Assembly: GCA_044892525.1 (NCBI GenBank)
Contig: CM097885.1
Location: forward strand, 53,694,001 to 53,758,000
Direction of reading: 5' to 3'
Length of the DNA stretch: 64,000 nt
DNA from: Schmidtea polychroa
Taxonomy: Eukaryota
The position numbers and the translations under genes were made by a program. Below the pieces are notes generated by a model that made no database searches, had not been told where the DNA came from, and was given only the letters and a program-made list of their open reading frames with translations. Positions 28,192 through 40,579 of this stretch are shown one piece after another (position 1 is the stretch's first letter; each line of letters opens with the position of its first letter).

Positions 28192-28779
28192 ATTGTCTTT
28201 GTTAAACTTTCCATGTCTTTTGCATTAATGTTGCAATTTCCTTGTTAATAAAATGAAAAACAAATATGACTTAATACATTTATTAAATACACTTATTAAA
28301 TACATTTATTAAAATAGTTGTGAAAGTCTAGCAGACATAATTTTCTAAATAAGAGAATACACATCACTATTATTAACTTTATATCCTTGGATTGCAATTG
28401 TTATATACCAATTTTCGTTTTCTTTGAAGATGATTTCGTCAAAGCCATCATAATATCTTGCATATCGGTTATTGAAAAATGCATGTTGGATAAATGTTAG
28501 ATTTGAATTCAGCCGTTTGAAACCCCATCAATAGTTTTAATATCTATCATTGAAAGTGTGACGGTTAAGAATTGGAATTGAGTCAGAATTAGCTTTATTT
28601 GTTGCAACCAATTTCATATAGATTTCTTCTTTTAAAAAATGCATTTTGTAGTTGTGGAACATGTGAACAGGTTGTCCAAGTTCTGCAAAAACTTTTGGTT
28701 TTCCTGTGCTTGAAATTTTCTTGGTCATCGTGAATTATGATTAAAATGAAATAGTACCTTCAAAATGAATGGAATAACC

Positions 28780-30168
28780 AATCAGATTAAATGTGACAGA
28801 GCAACTACTTGATCTGGTTTCTATGAAAGGAACGACAACAGCTGAAGATATTTTCACTGAGCTGAAAAATTCCTTGGATGAGAATCACCTTCCACTTTCC
28901 AAATTAATTGGAATATCCACCGATGGCGCACCAGCAATGCGAGGAGTTCGATCTGGTCTTACAACCCTTATATTGCAATGTTTAGATGTCGATCATCGAA
29001 ATAAGGTTTTTGTATGCTATTGTGTACTGCATGTCGAGAATTTATGTGAGAAAAAAAATTTATGTGAAACATGTTATGAATATTGTTGTGTCAACAGTTA
29101 ACTTTATTAGATCAACTATCGCCAATTCAAACAGCTGTTGATCGATATTGATGCTGAATATAGTGATGTTATTTACCATAGCCAGGTTCGATGGCTCAGT
29201 AAAAGTAAGGTATTGCTTCGATTTTACAATCTTCTTCCAGAGATTCGGTTGTTCATGGAAATGAAAGGAAAAAACGTTACTGAATTTGACGATTTACAAT
29301 GGATGGCTGACTTTTTATTTTTAATCGATATCAGCGGACATTTGTCTGATTTAAATACCAAAATGCAAGGAAAAAACATTACTATTTTTGAATTCATCAC
29401 AAATATCAAAGCGTTTATGGGAAAATTAAAATTATGGGCAGACAAATTAAAGGAGAACAACATATTTTCATTTCCTACACTACTTTCTCGTAGCCTTAAA
29501 GATCATACAAAATATGTGGATCCCATTACAAATTTGAAAATAGAGTTCGACCAAATATTTCATGAATTTCTTTCGAATTTTCACGTCACCCTTTTCATTA
29601 GACATTGATTTAATTCCGGATGATCTGCAAATGGAAATAACTGATCTTCAATCCAACTCTGATTATAATCAAGCGTTCGACGAAAAAGGTCAAATTGATT
29701 TTTATAAAACCTATGTGTGTAAAGAAAAATTTCCGATGTTAAGAAATTATGCCTCAAAAATATTGTCCCTGTTTTCAACCACATATTTGTGCGAACAGCT
29801 TTTTTCTATTATGAAATTATCAAAAACAAAATCAAGAAGTTCCCTTACCGATAAACATTTGAGAAATTCACTGCGTTTAGCGCTTAGCGGTATAAATCCT
29901 TCAATAAGCAATGTAATGCAAAATAAGCAATTTCAAAAATCGCATTAATTTTAATTTAACAAAGTATTAATTTGATTTTGTGTTGATAAATCGGTTTATG
30001 ACGTTTATGTATAATTCATCTTATGTGATATTTTAATATTTAAAATAAATTAAAAAATTGGTTTCAAAACTTATGTATGTATTTTTTTAATATTAATATA
30101 TGTGCGGCCGGTGGAAGATTCATCATTATTTTTATGGCCCGAAATCCCAAAAAGGTTAAACAGACCTG
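28780..30168 (+). mobile_element. hAT Buster/SPIN (GTF2IRD2-like) transposon, 5'-truncated, frameshifted transposase 28793-29948
   Basis: ISTDGAPAM, YCVLHVENLC, HSQVRWLS, LSLFSTTYLCEQLFSIMK..RSSLTD. The 3' TIR ends ...CAGACCTG at 30168 with flank ATTTAAAA (NNNTANNN). Confidence 0.9.
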
Positions 30169-30269
30169 ATTTAAAACAATCATTAACCAATTAGAAATTG
30201 GCCAATGAAATTATCTCATTTCCAATATTGTTAACAAAATCATCTTACTCAAAATTTCTCAACCCAATT

Positions 30270-30450
30270 AGTAGAGAGAAGTGCGCTACATGACTCATCT
30301 TTAAACAAAGACATCTGACTCATCGATGGGTGGGGTATAGGTAAAAAATATACCCCCTATAATTTTTTTTAAAAATTGATGACTCATCCCTATAGCTCAT
30401 CGGGTGACTCATCGGTATGACTCGTATGGTGACTCTTATGGATGCCTCAT
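30270..30450 (+). promoter_or_regulatory. AP-1-site (TGACTCA) cluster starting with AGTAGAGAG; diverged homolog of the 63237-63456 palindrome core
   Basis: TGACTCA at 30291, 30316, 30380 and 30405, plus variants. AACAAAGACAT.TGAC..., GGG.GGGGTA and GATGCCTCAT occur in the same order as at 63.24-63.43 kb. Confidence 0.6.
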
Positions 30451-30669
30451 TTCAAAAGTTTTAAAATTTTAAATTCAAATTTTAAAGATTCTTTATTGGT
30501 ATCATTCGAAAGGTCTTGAAGAGCTCTATCCAATTGTCATATTCATGAAGGTGTATGGTGTGGCCTCAACCTTCAAAGGGACAAAAACCTTCAAACATTA
30601 TATATAATTCAAATACCTATTACGCGCACGGGAGTTAATATAGTTTTATTACATACATATATATGTACA

Positions 30670-31011
<342 letters not shown>

Positions 31012-31110
31012 TAATAGTACTTAGAAAAACTCGTAATAAAAATGTTTAGAAATAATAATAAAAGTAATATAAACATTACAAGCTTTGTGATACTCAGCGC
31101 AAATATTAAT

Positions 31111-31148
31111 AGTATACTAGTTTCGAGCTTTTGACTCTCATCAGTACT
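31111..31148 (-). ncRNA. Minimal type I hammerhead ribozyme (Penelope-type)
   Basis: The - strand reads AGUA CUGAUGA GAG UCAAAAG CUC GAA ACUAGU A UACU: intact core, stem I AGUA/UACU, stem II GAG/CUC, palindromic stem III ACUAGU, GUA cleavage triplet. Confidence 0.8.
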
Positions 31149-31379
31149 GTTGGTTACTTCGGGGGAAAGAGAAAATATTTCACGTGCCTAGAATTGATTC
31201 CCTAAGCAACCAGTATGATTTACGAATAATCTCCCCTATGTGTGCCCGTGGTGATGTAACACGTTGGTAATGCGCACCAACCCAACCAGACTTTGTCTTA
31301 GAAGTATCAAGTGTCAACCCATATTTGACACCTGCCCATCAGTGTGCTCTTAACGGGGACTGATCCAGCAACACAACAA

Positions 31380-31815
31380 ATCTGACCATCCAGCATCAAC
31401 CCAACCAGTCCCACAGTAACCCAAATAGCCAACATCAACCCAACCAGTCCCACATCAACCCAAACAGTCCAACATCAATCAAACCAGTCTTCTGTATTAT
31501 ATTTATCAAGTGCCAACCCAACCAACAACAGTCCAACATCAATCAAACCAATCAAACCAGCCTTTTGTATTATATTTATCAAGTGTCAACCCAACCAACA
31601 ACAGTCCAACATCAATCAAACCAATCAAACCAGTCTTTTGTATTATATCTATCAAGTGCCAACCCAACCAACAACAGTCCAACATCAATCAAACCAATCA
31701 AACCAGCCTTTTGTATTATATTTATCAAGTGTCAACCCAACCAACAACAGTCCAACATCAATCAAACCAACCAAACCAGTCTTTTTTTATTTACCAAGTG
31801 TCAACCCAACCAACA
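31380..31815. repeat. C/A-rich minisatellite, ~72-73 bp unit (CAACCCAACCAACAACAGTCCAACATCAATCAAACC...)
   Basis: 4-5 visible copies. Confidence 0.9.
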
Positions 31816-32004
31816 CTGACCAGTCAAGCGTCTCCTTTGTTGTATTGCCTTTTCCTATATTTGATTTATATTAAATATTTATAATCATACCAACACCACC
31901 ATCGACTAACCAATACCTATATCCCTACACTGATCCCTTTTCCTCCACTAGTCTTCATCTTCTCTCTCCAACTTATACCCGCCTATATCTTTATATACTT
32001 CTAC

Positions 32005-32325
32005 TTTCCAACTTCTACCTTCCAACCTCTACCTTCCAACCTCTACCTTCCTCTATCGTCCAACCTCTACCTCTACCGTCCAACCTCTACCATCCAACCT
32101 CTATCATCCAACCCCTATCATCCAACCCCTATCGTCAAACCTCTACCTTCCAACCTCTACCTTCCTCTATCGTCCAACCTCTACCTTCCAACCTCTACCT
32201 TCCTCTATCGTCCAACCTCTACCTCTACCGTCCAACCTCTACCTCTACCGTCCAGCCTCTACCGTCCAACCTCTACCTCTACCGTCCAACCTCTACCGTC
32301 CAACCTCTATCATCCAACCTATTCC
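32005..32325. repeat. Pyrimidine-rich ~13 bp minisatellite (TCCAACCTCTACC)
   Basis: Directly visible. Confidence 0.9.
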
Positions 32326-33191
32326 GCCCAATCTCTAACCTCTTTACACAAAACTTCTCCCAAACTTCTACCCCTTACTCACACACTAGTACAAAGAAAA
32401 GCTCATAAAGAAAACCTCCTCCTACTCCACTATTTCTTCTGAACTACCAAAAACCCACTTACTATATCCTATATATAATACTGTATTCCCAGGCATAACC
32501 TTATTTATACCCAAAATATCTTTATTATATTAAATAGAAGCTTATCTCAAGAAGCTTCTACATCAACCAGTCAAAAGAAGTTTATCTAAGGAAGCTTCTA
32601 CTCCAATCAGTCAAACCTCTCGTTTAACGCTTGAGCACCTGCTCAGCGTTCATCAGATAACAGAAGAAAAGCTTTAGACTTCAAAGGGTCGAGAATATCT
32701 CCCCTTTTGCCCGATGGGCCTTATGGATTTAATAAAATAAAACTTGATTTTTTTTTTACGAGCAGGTGAGCTCCTATGGTAGAACTACTCCTGGTAAAGT
32801 TCACAGTGAATGTTCAAGAGTGCCGTAGAAGGACTTATCTCATTCATTCATTCAAATAGTACGACCCTGGTCCAAGGGGACGACTTTAATCGTTCAACAG
32901 TGGAAATTTCTCGACGGGTTGACTTCATATACAATAATCAACAAACAATCATGAGATAGGCAGTAAGTAGCAATAAGGTTTATTATACACGATAAAAACA
33001 AACTATTCTAACAAGTCAGAGTCGGCCTGATACAAATAATTACAATATTTACATAGAGTGTCTGAGATGGTGGTCGCGCTGATCAAAACGACATTTCGAG
33101 AATCATAAATTATTGGTCACAGAAAACACTTCTCCTTCGGCTATCAGAGCATCGATGTCTACCTGAAGCCGAGCATCTTCTTGTATTTTGA

Positions 33192-33846
33192 CTACTCCAG
33201 AAGGGATGAGTCGATAAGCTTCTTTTGCGACAGGTGTATGCGCTTTTGAGATTGGATTGTTTGAAGCTTGAGCCGCAATAGAGACGCTTCCAAAGCGGCA
33301 ATTGTATCCCGACGTTTTTGGTTCTTCTCCGCCCGAGAAGGACGCTTACGTTTCTTTGAAGCTGTTGCGGTAATTTCGTTGATGCGATTAAGTAATAAAG
33401 TGGAGGGTACGCTCTTATCTCTCGCTGTCGGCGGGTCCGTTTTCTTTGATGACCCTGATAGAATTGGGTCGACCAGTAGCGGGAAATGCAATCCATGCCC
33501 CGAGCAACTAGTTAGTGGTTGCAGCACTTCGTCATTGCGATGATGTAGGGGGAACACGTTTGTTCCGTCTTTGATGGGGTACTCCCACACTCTCTTTTGG
33601 ATCTCTGAGCCAGAATAGACTTTATGAAGTGCCTCAGATTGGGCTTTGATTGTTAGCCGCTGACACCGATCTTAAGATTTTTGTTTTCTCCTTCATCTGT
33701 GGAGGGGAGAACCACGTGCATTCATAGGTTTCTATGCGCTTCTTAAGATCCCCGATGTACTCGTGAAGCTTGCGTATATCTTCGTTTTTATCCGTGCAGG
33801 AGAAACACGGTCTGGGTCCTTTTGGAGGCAAGTTTGGCTCGCACAT
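33192..33846 (-). pseudogene. Orphan 'ORF X' copy A (CxxC, coiled coil, basic tract), frameshifted near 33670
   Basis: RPCFSCTDKN..WFSPPQMKE, then in a shifted frame QRLTIKAQSEALHKVY..PIKDGTNVFPLHH..KKRKRPSRAEK; aligns with 48545-49294. Confidence 0.8.
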
Positions 33847-35943
33847 GTCTGAAAGTAGTTAACAGAGTTTATGGTGCTACTAGAAGAATGTATCAGTGAA
33901 GGTAATCAGCCTCATAGTAATAGTTCTCTATCTTTTACTTTGTACAACTACTCAAAAATATAAATACTTCATTCAAAATAAATTTCATCGCTAAGACTGA
34001 AAATGGTTGAGGGTGAGACTTAATCGAAAAATCATTATTTGACTTTACAAATTCATAGCGTTCTAAAACGTTTGAGATTTTGATTGTGGACTTATTTAAG
34101 ATACATATTGTGAATGTGGTAACGGTCACCCGATTTAAGAATTATATTTTGATTAACGAAATAAATTTGGTTATATGAATTTTAGGGAAAATAAATATTC
34201 AGACAAAAATTTAATATCTTGGTATGTAGTTTTACACATTATGTAATATTTATCTAGTTTGTTTATTTACATTTTAATCGATCGATCTTTGGCCGCCTGG
34301 TGAAATTCCTTGAGATAAGCAATTATCCGTGTAGTGTAAACTATGTATTGCTATTATCTCTATCGGTCTAAATAAATTTATCTCGCTTGAAGAAGGTATT
34401 GCTATTTACGATACATTTCTTTAATTGTTTAAATTGAACATCGTGATAAAACAGTAGTGATTAGCTCGTGTCAATTCGCACCTGTTATGTCTGAGGCGGT
34501 TTACGTTAATGATGTATCATTGGTGACTCCTTAAAATGATTTTTGGATTTCATATGTGATAAATATTTATATCTATCCTCCTGGAAATGTCAGATACTGG
34601 ACAAATGTGATGACATCTATAGACGACTGTTTATACTAACGTAATTGATTTTCTAGCGATTTGGTCAATGCAGATGTCTATGACGATGAATGGAATTCTG
34701 GAAAATTAGTGATTACTAGGGGGAATTTCTATCCGCGCTGGAAATTCTGTTTGGAATGAACATATAGATTTATTTTAGATTTCGTGCCGAATTTATGGTA
34801 TCTCTTCAAAGATTAACGGATATAAGCTCTCACGAGTGGCTGGCTCAGATAATGCTCTATTGTTTACTTTCCTGACTATAGTGGTAATGAACATGTGCCA
34901 ATATTCTACCTGTGTGAACGATATGGCCGAAGACCTCATTGTGATATTTAGTGCTTTTTTCACGAATTTTCATCTGATGGATTTACGTTGATTGCGACCT
35001 TTCTCCTCTATGGAATTTTACCTCAACTTTTACATCTCTACCTCGGAGTTTCTATACTTACCATGGTACACCTGAGGACCACCGGTATTGCTACCCACCG
35101 TCCTCAGACCGCCACAATAGACAGATCGACCCATAACAAAATCATTATAAGAAAAATGCACATAAAATTATATAGAGATATATTATTATAATTAAATTCT
35201 TTGATTGTCTAATAAACTCGTAAAAATTATTTAAATTACCTGGCGACCATGCAATTTGGATTCCGAGTATGATGCTCTTCATATAATTACCATTCATATT
35301 TTAGCAATACTCACCAAGATGTAATGCAATCAACTTCTGTCATAATTTCTATATACCTGATTCTGAGTCTACTAAATATTTGGCATTCTTCATATTCGTG
35401 AAATTCCTTCGATGTCATTTAATCATCATTTTCATATTTTCAGTTCATAAGTATTATCGTCATTTTTTCAGTTCATAAACACCATTGTCATATTTTCAGT
35501 TCATGAGCATCATTACCATATTTTCCGTTCGAGAGCATCATAACTGGAGTTTCCAGACAGCATCGTCGCCAGTCCCGTGAAGAAGAAAAACTCATAGTTG
35601 ATTGATATCAAAATAGTTTATTGACTAAAAGTTTCATAAATGAAAATTTGCCTACTATTACCAATTCATAAATCTAAATGAATAATAATCAGAAATTATT
35701 ACTTGGATCCTTTACTAAATAATTCGAAAGCTATGAGACTGAACTGGATGCAAGTGTTCTTAAAACGTTCCGCAATTTATCTGTTGTTGAATAACTTCCC
35801 TTCTGTGATAGAATTTAATATGATCGGTTCCGGTGTCTTATGAGTTCTGTATCGTTGCTGAATAGTATATGTCCGTGATTTATAATGAATTTAGTCCACT
35901 GTAGTGAATTTTGTAGAGTTAATGTAATGATTTAACGTTTACA

Positions 35944-35968
35944 TTATATACAATATTTAGCCCAATCA
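35944..35968 (-). promoter_or_regulatory. Inverted CCAAT plus TATA promoter upstream of ORF X copy A
   Basis: - strand TGATTGG-N11-TATATAA; the same module lies at 50533-50567 and 62143-62177. Confidence 0.55.
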
Positions 35969-36779
35969 GGACTAAGCTGTGTTGTGTTTTGTTCATTTTT
36001 TATTATTTTCTATTTTTAAATTGTTTTTATTAGGTATTGTTTTGTTTTTATTTTATTAATTTATTGTTTTATTTATTTCTTATATTCTGCATAACTTTTG
36101 TGGGTTTTCCGCTAAATCTTATGTGTGTAATCATCCGTTTTTTCAAATTTTCCCTAATTTTGTTAATATTTGTGTATTTTATTTCTTATTTGATTTTTCC
36201 GTTTTCGAATTTGGTTTTTCTTAAATCTTATTTTTATTAAATTATTTTCCTCTTTTATTGATTGCTAGTGGTTAATATCTTATTTTTTATAACTATTTCT
36301 GTTTCTTGTGATATTTATTTTTTAACTGTTTTCTTTTTATTCTATTGTTGGCTTAGATTTTCCTTATTGATTCTTATGATTTTCTTTATTTTATAGTTTG
36401 TTTTTATTTAATTCGTTCAATGTTAATTAATTTGCTAAGTTGTTTTTTATTTTATTCTGAACTTTTTCCTTTACATCCAACTCAGTCTCACATCATTCTG
36501 ATTTAGTAATTCAGCCCAACAGTACTATGCAGGAGACACGAAGATTTCTCTTCGCGCCAGGTAAGTATACAATATTTCTGATTCAACTCTATTGCATACT
36601 TTCCCTGCTACACTGGAAATCACATCACTTGCAAATTAGCTAAATCACAGAAAAAATATCTGCAAACTTGTAAACATGGCGTATGAAAAATCATATTCAC
36701 CTCTGGAGACACCGTCTATACAAAGAAACTATTTACAAGTGCATTCGTAAACCTTTAGCATTTTTTAACTCGTAATTCA

Positions 36780-37435
36780 AAATTCAAAAGGGAATTGCAT
36801 GATATCTCTTGCCATATTAATTTCGCTTTATTATATTCATCATCGGTTACGTCACTCCATTTTGAGAGTAGTTCTAAGGTTGATCTTAATACGTCCAGAG
36901 AAATCGCTACATCATATGGGAAAATACCTTTACTATTAATAATAGATCCCTATAAACTCAGATTCTATTAAGGTTAATGTATTAAGGGTTGAGACAACAT
37001 TTTTTAAAGACGAATTTACAAATTGACAAGAATCTATAAATTTTACAATCAGGGAATCAATATACATAAAAAGAGATAAAAACCTTTCACTCGTCACCGG
37101 TATGCAAGAAATATTCCAGGATTTATATTTAGCCAAGCCAAATTTGAGGATGTGATGGAGATCATACCCTCTCAAATTATGAAAGACTACAGGTAGTGAG
37201 TGGCGTATTTGCTTGTAAAGATTACAATTGTTGCATGCATCACAAAGGAATTGGCCGATAAAGTGATCATGATCCCTAACTGGATTAACTAACCCTTTTT
37301 TACACAAATGACAGTTTGTGGTGCTATTAAAATTAATTTCGTCATTCTCAGTAAATATTATTTTCTTATTTTTATTTTTATAATAATATGGATTTACAAT
37401 TTTTTTAGCTATATCATTAATTTCAAAATTCATCT
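36780..37435 (-). pseudogene. PolB fragment (copy 2): endonuclease-VII-like insert and ExoII region; interrupted by the hAT at 37481
   Basis: CHLCKK..VRDHDHFIGQFLCDACNNCNL, VVFHNLRGYDLHHILK, KFIDSCQFVNSSL; past two stops KGIFPYD. Confidence 0.9.
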
Positions 37436-37480
37436 ACACAAGAAAGCCCTATGAAGGATTTATAAAATTGCGTGCCTGTA

Positions 37481-40400
37481 CAGGGCCGCCGCGTACGATT
37501 GTTCATATTGTGCCCCGCACAAGGGCGCCGAGTGAAAAAGCCGCCGAAAGGCGCCTCTTTCACTCGGTGCCACCTCACTAAATAAAAAAATTAAAATTAA
37601 ATATAAAAAAATTAAATGATAAAAAAGAAAAAGTGACAAATATGGATTTATTAGAGAGATACTGGAAACGCGGGCGCAACGTATACCTTATTCTACCACG
37701 CTTTGAAAGCGCGCTCGTGACTTCGTGCGATGCGATCGGTGTAGATCGCTCAACTTCGTTCGATAAAGGCGTCACCGCGACGCGCGGCATTTCACATTTA
37801 CGTCTAGTCAAGTTTACGTTTAGTCAAGTTTACGCAAATTTACGTCTAGTCAAGACCACCACTGCATTTGACTTCTGCGTAAATCAAATATTTATTGATT
37901 TTCATCAGGCATTCATTATAAAATTTCAACGTAAGTATAATTTACAATATTAAATAACTAATTATATATTAAATAACAATATTAAATAATTACAATGTAT
38001 AATAAATTTTAACTTAAAATCCTTAGATGTCTGGAATTGGAAAAAAATCAAAATTATCAGGCGCGCAAAATAAGAAAAATAGACTTCAGCGAGAAGACGC
38101 TCGACAAAAGCTATCAGGTTCTTTAGATAAATTCACTATTCAAACTAGTAATCCTACTACGACTGCAACGGAAGAAAATCAAGACCTGAATCTCGAAACA
38201 CAAAGTTCTTCTGGTGTATCCACAAACTCTACAATAGAAAACGAATCGAAAGAAAGTAATAAAACCGATTCCGATTCCGAAAAAATTGATTTTAACGATC
38301 CGGCTACTTGGCCAAAACAAATTAATATAAAATTAAGAGATTGTTTAAGCGAAAATGATCCTAAGCAATTAATTTTGAAAGACTTCCCAAAAAATGAGTC
38401 TGGACGTAAATTTTCTGATAATTATTATTATCGAACTTTATCAAACGGGGAAAAAATTTGCAGGAGTTATTTGCTTTATTCGAAAACTCAAAATTCAGTA
38501 TTTTGTTACTTTTGCAAATTAATGTCTGACAATACTACACAACTTCCTAGTGGTTTTAATGATTGGCAACACTTAAACCACATATTAAAAGTTCACGAAA
38601 CAAGTGTTGGGCACATAAAAAACAGTTCAAAATATAGCGAATTGAGAATGTCACTAAAAAAAATTGCACAATTGATGCAATGCAACAACGACTCTACGAA
38701 ACCGAAAAAAATATTGGCGATCGGTCGTGGAACGAATTATTCATATAATACAGTATTTATCAAGACAATGCTTGGCATTTAGAGGTTCATCTAAAAATCT
38801 TTTTCAAAACGACTACGGAAACTTTTTTAAATTAATAAAAACCATAGCTAAATTCGATCCAACATTTAAATTGCGTTCAAACGTTTGAGAAAAAGAATAT
38901 TAGTCATTATTTAGGTGATCAGATTCAAAATGAAATAATTAGCATTATAAGTGATGCTATTAAGAAAAAGATTTTAGAAATGCTCCACTCTTCAAAATAT
39001 TATTCAATCATTCTTGATACAACACCAGACATAAGCCATACTGAACAGTTAACCATTGTCATAAGATTTGTTTATCACAATAAATCGAGAAATGTTGCAG
39101 AAATTCGTGAGCATTTTTTAGGATTCCAAAGTGTAACTGACACAACCGGTGTAGGTTTATTCGAGTTCATCATTAACCATTTGAAATTAATGAACATTAA
39201 TATATCAGATTTACGCGGACAGTCGTACGATAACGGAGCTAATATGCGTGGGAGACATAATGGACTTCAACAAAAAGTTCTTGAAATAAATTCACGAGCT
39301 TCTTTCGTTCCATGCGCTGCTCATTCATTAAATTTGGTAGTGAACGATGCAGCTAAAATTTCATTTGAGAAGGTAAATTTTTTTAGTGTGATTCAAGAAC
39401 TATATAATTATTTTTCAATTAGTGTGAAACGGTGGGATGTATTAAAAAAATACGTTAAAAACTTAACCCTAAAAGTCGAATAGAAGCCCTGAAACCTCTG
39501 AAAATGTATATGTCAGAAATTTATCAAGCTCTATTAGATATCACTAATGACCACACAAAAGACATGGATTCTAGAGCTCAAGCAAATAATATAATTTCAA
39601 AAATTTGTTCTTTTAAATTTTTGTGTTCCGTCTCAATTTGGTATGATATATTGAATCTTGTCAATATTTTCAGCAAAATAATGCAAAAGCCCACATTCCA
39701 TTTGAAATTAGTAACAGAAAATCTTAATTCAATTTTGAACAACTTAAAAAGTCTTAGAACTGATGATAAATTTGAAGAACTTGTGACGTCTGCAATGGCT
39801 AAAGCTAGAGAACTTGATATTGAGCCTGATTTCCCTGAAACTCGAAAGTGAAAAAAAAGGAAGTTATTCGATTACGAAGCATCAGATGATACAGTGAAGG
39901 ATGCAAAACATGATTTTAAAATTAACTTCTACTTCGCGATTCTGGACACCACTATATCGTCAATTTCAGAACGATTTCAACAATTGCAACAATACAACGA
40001 AGATTTTAAAATAATACACAACATCAACCAACTAAAACAATGGGATAATGAGGATTTATTGAAACACTGCAAAGATTTGCATATAAAATTAACCGACGGT
40101 GCAAACTTAAACGATGAAGATATTGATGGTATAGCTCTAAACGAAAAATTAAAAACCATTCAATTTTTTATAAAATCTGACTTGTCTCCTCACGAGGTTT
40201 TAAATTACATTTATAAAAATGCATTAAATGAGATCTTCCCGAATATAACTATTGTATTACGCATTTTTTTAACATTACCTGTGTCTGTTGCTTCTGGAGA
40301 AAGAAGTTTCTCTAAGTTAAAACTAATTAAAAACTATTTACGGTCTACCATGAAAGAAGAACGAATAACGGACTTATCCATAATATCTATAGAAAGCGAT

Positions 40401-40579
40401 ATTTTGGATTCCATAGATATTAACGATCTCATAAAAAACTTTGTAGCTGCTAAAGCTAAAAGAGTAAATATGTAAAAAGTATTTTGATTTTTGATTGATG
40501 AATAATTATAAAGTAATCTAATTCTTAATATATGTTCGAGACAAGCAAATTTTATTGATTGCTTAGATTTAGTATTATA
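37481..40579 (+). mobile_element. hAT Tip100/ZMYM1-like transposon; transposase 38027-40475 with frameshifts and stops; 3' end interrupted
   Basis: 5' TIR CAGGGCCGCC at 37481; DPATWP, VFCYFCKL, GFNDW, YYSIILDTTPD, GQSYDNGANM, CAAHSLNL, LPVSVASGERSFSKLKLIKNYLRSTM. Confidence 0.93.

Noticed and set aside
31510..31884. Three overlapping repetitive ORFs
   Set aside because: They are products of a stop-poor minisatellite
32612..32660. Hammerhead-like CTGATGA plus long hairpin on the - strand
   Set aside because: The GAAA box reads TAAA and stem I does not pair in register; only a simple hairpin is supported
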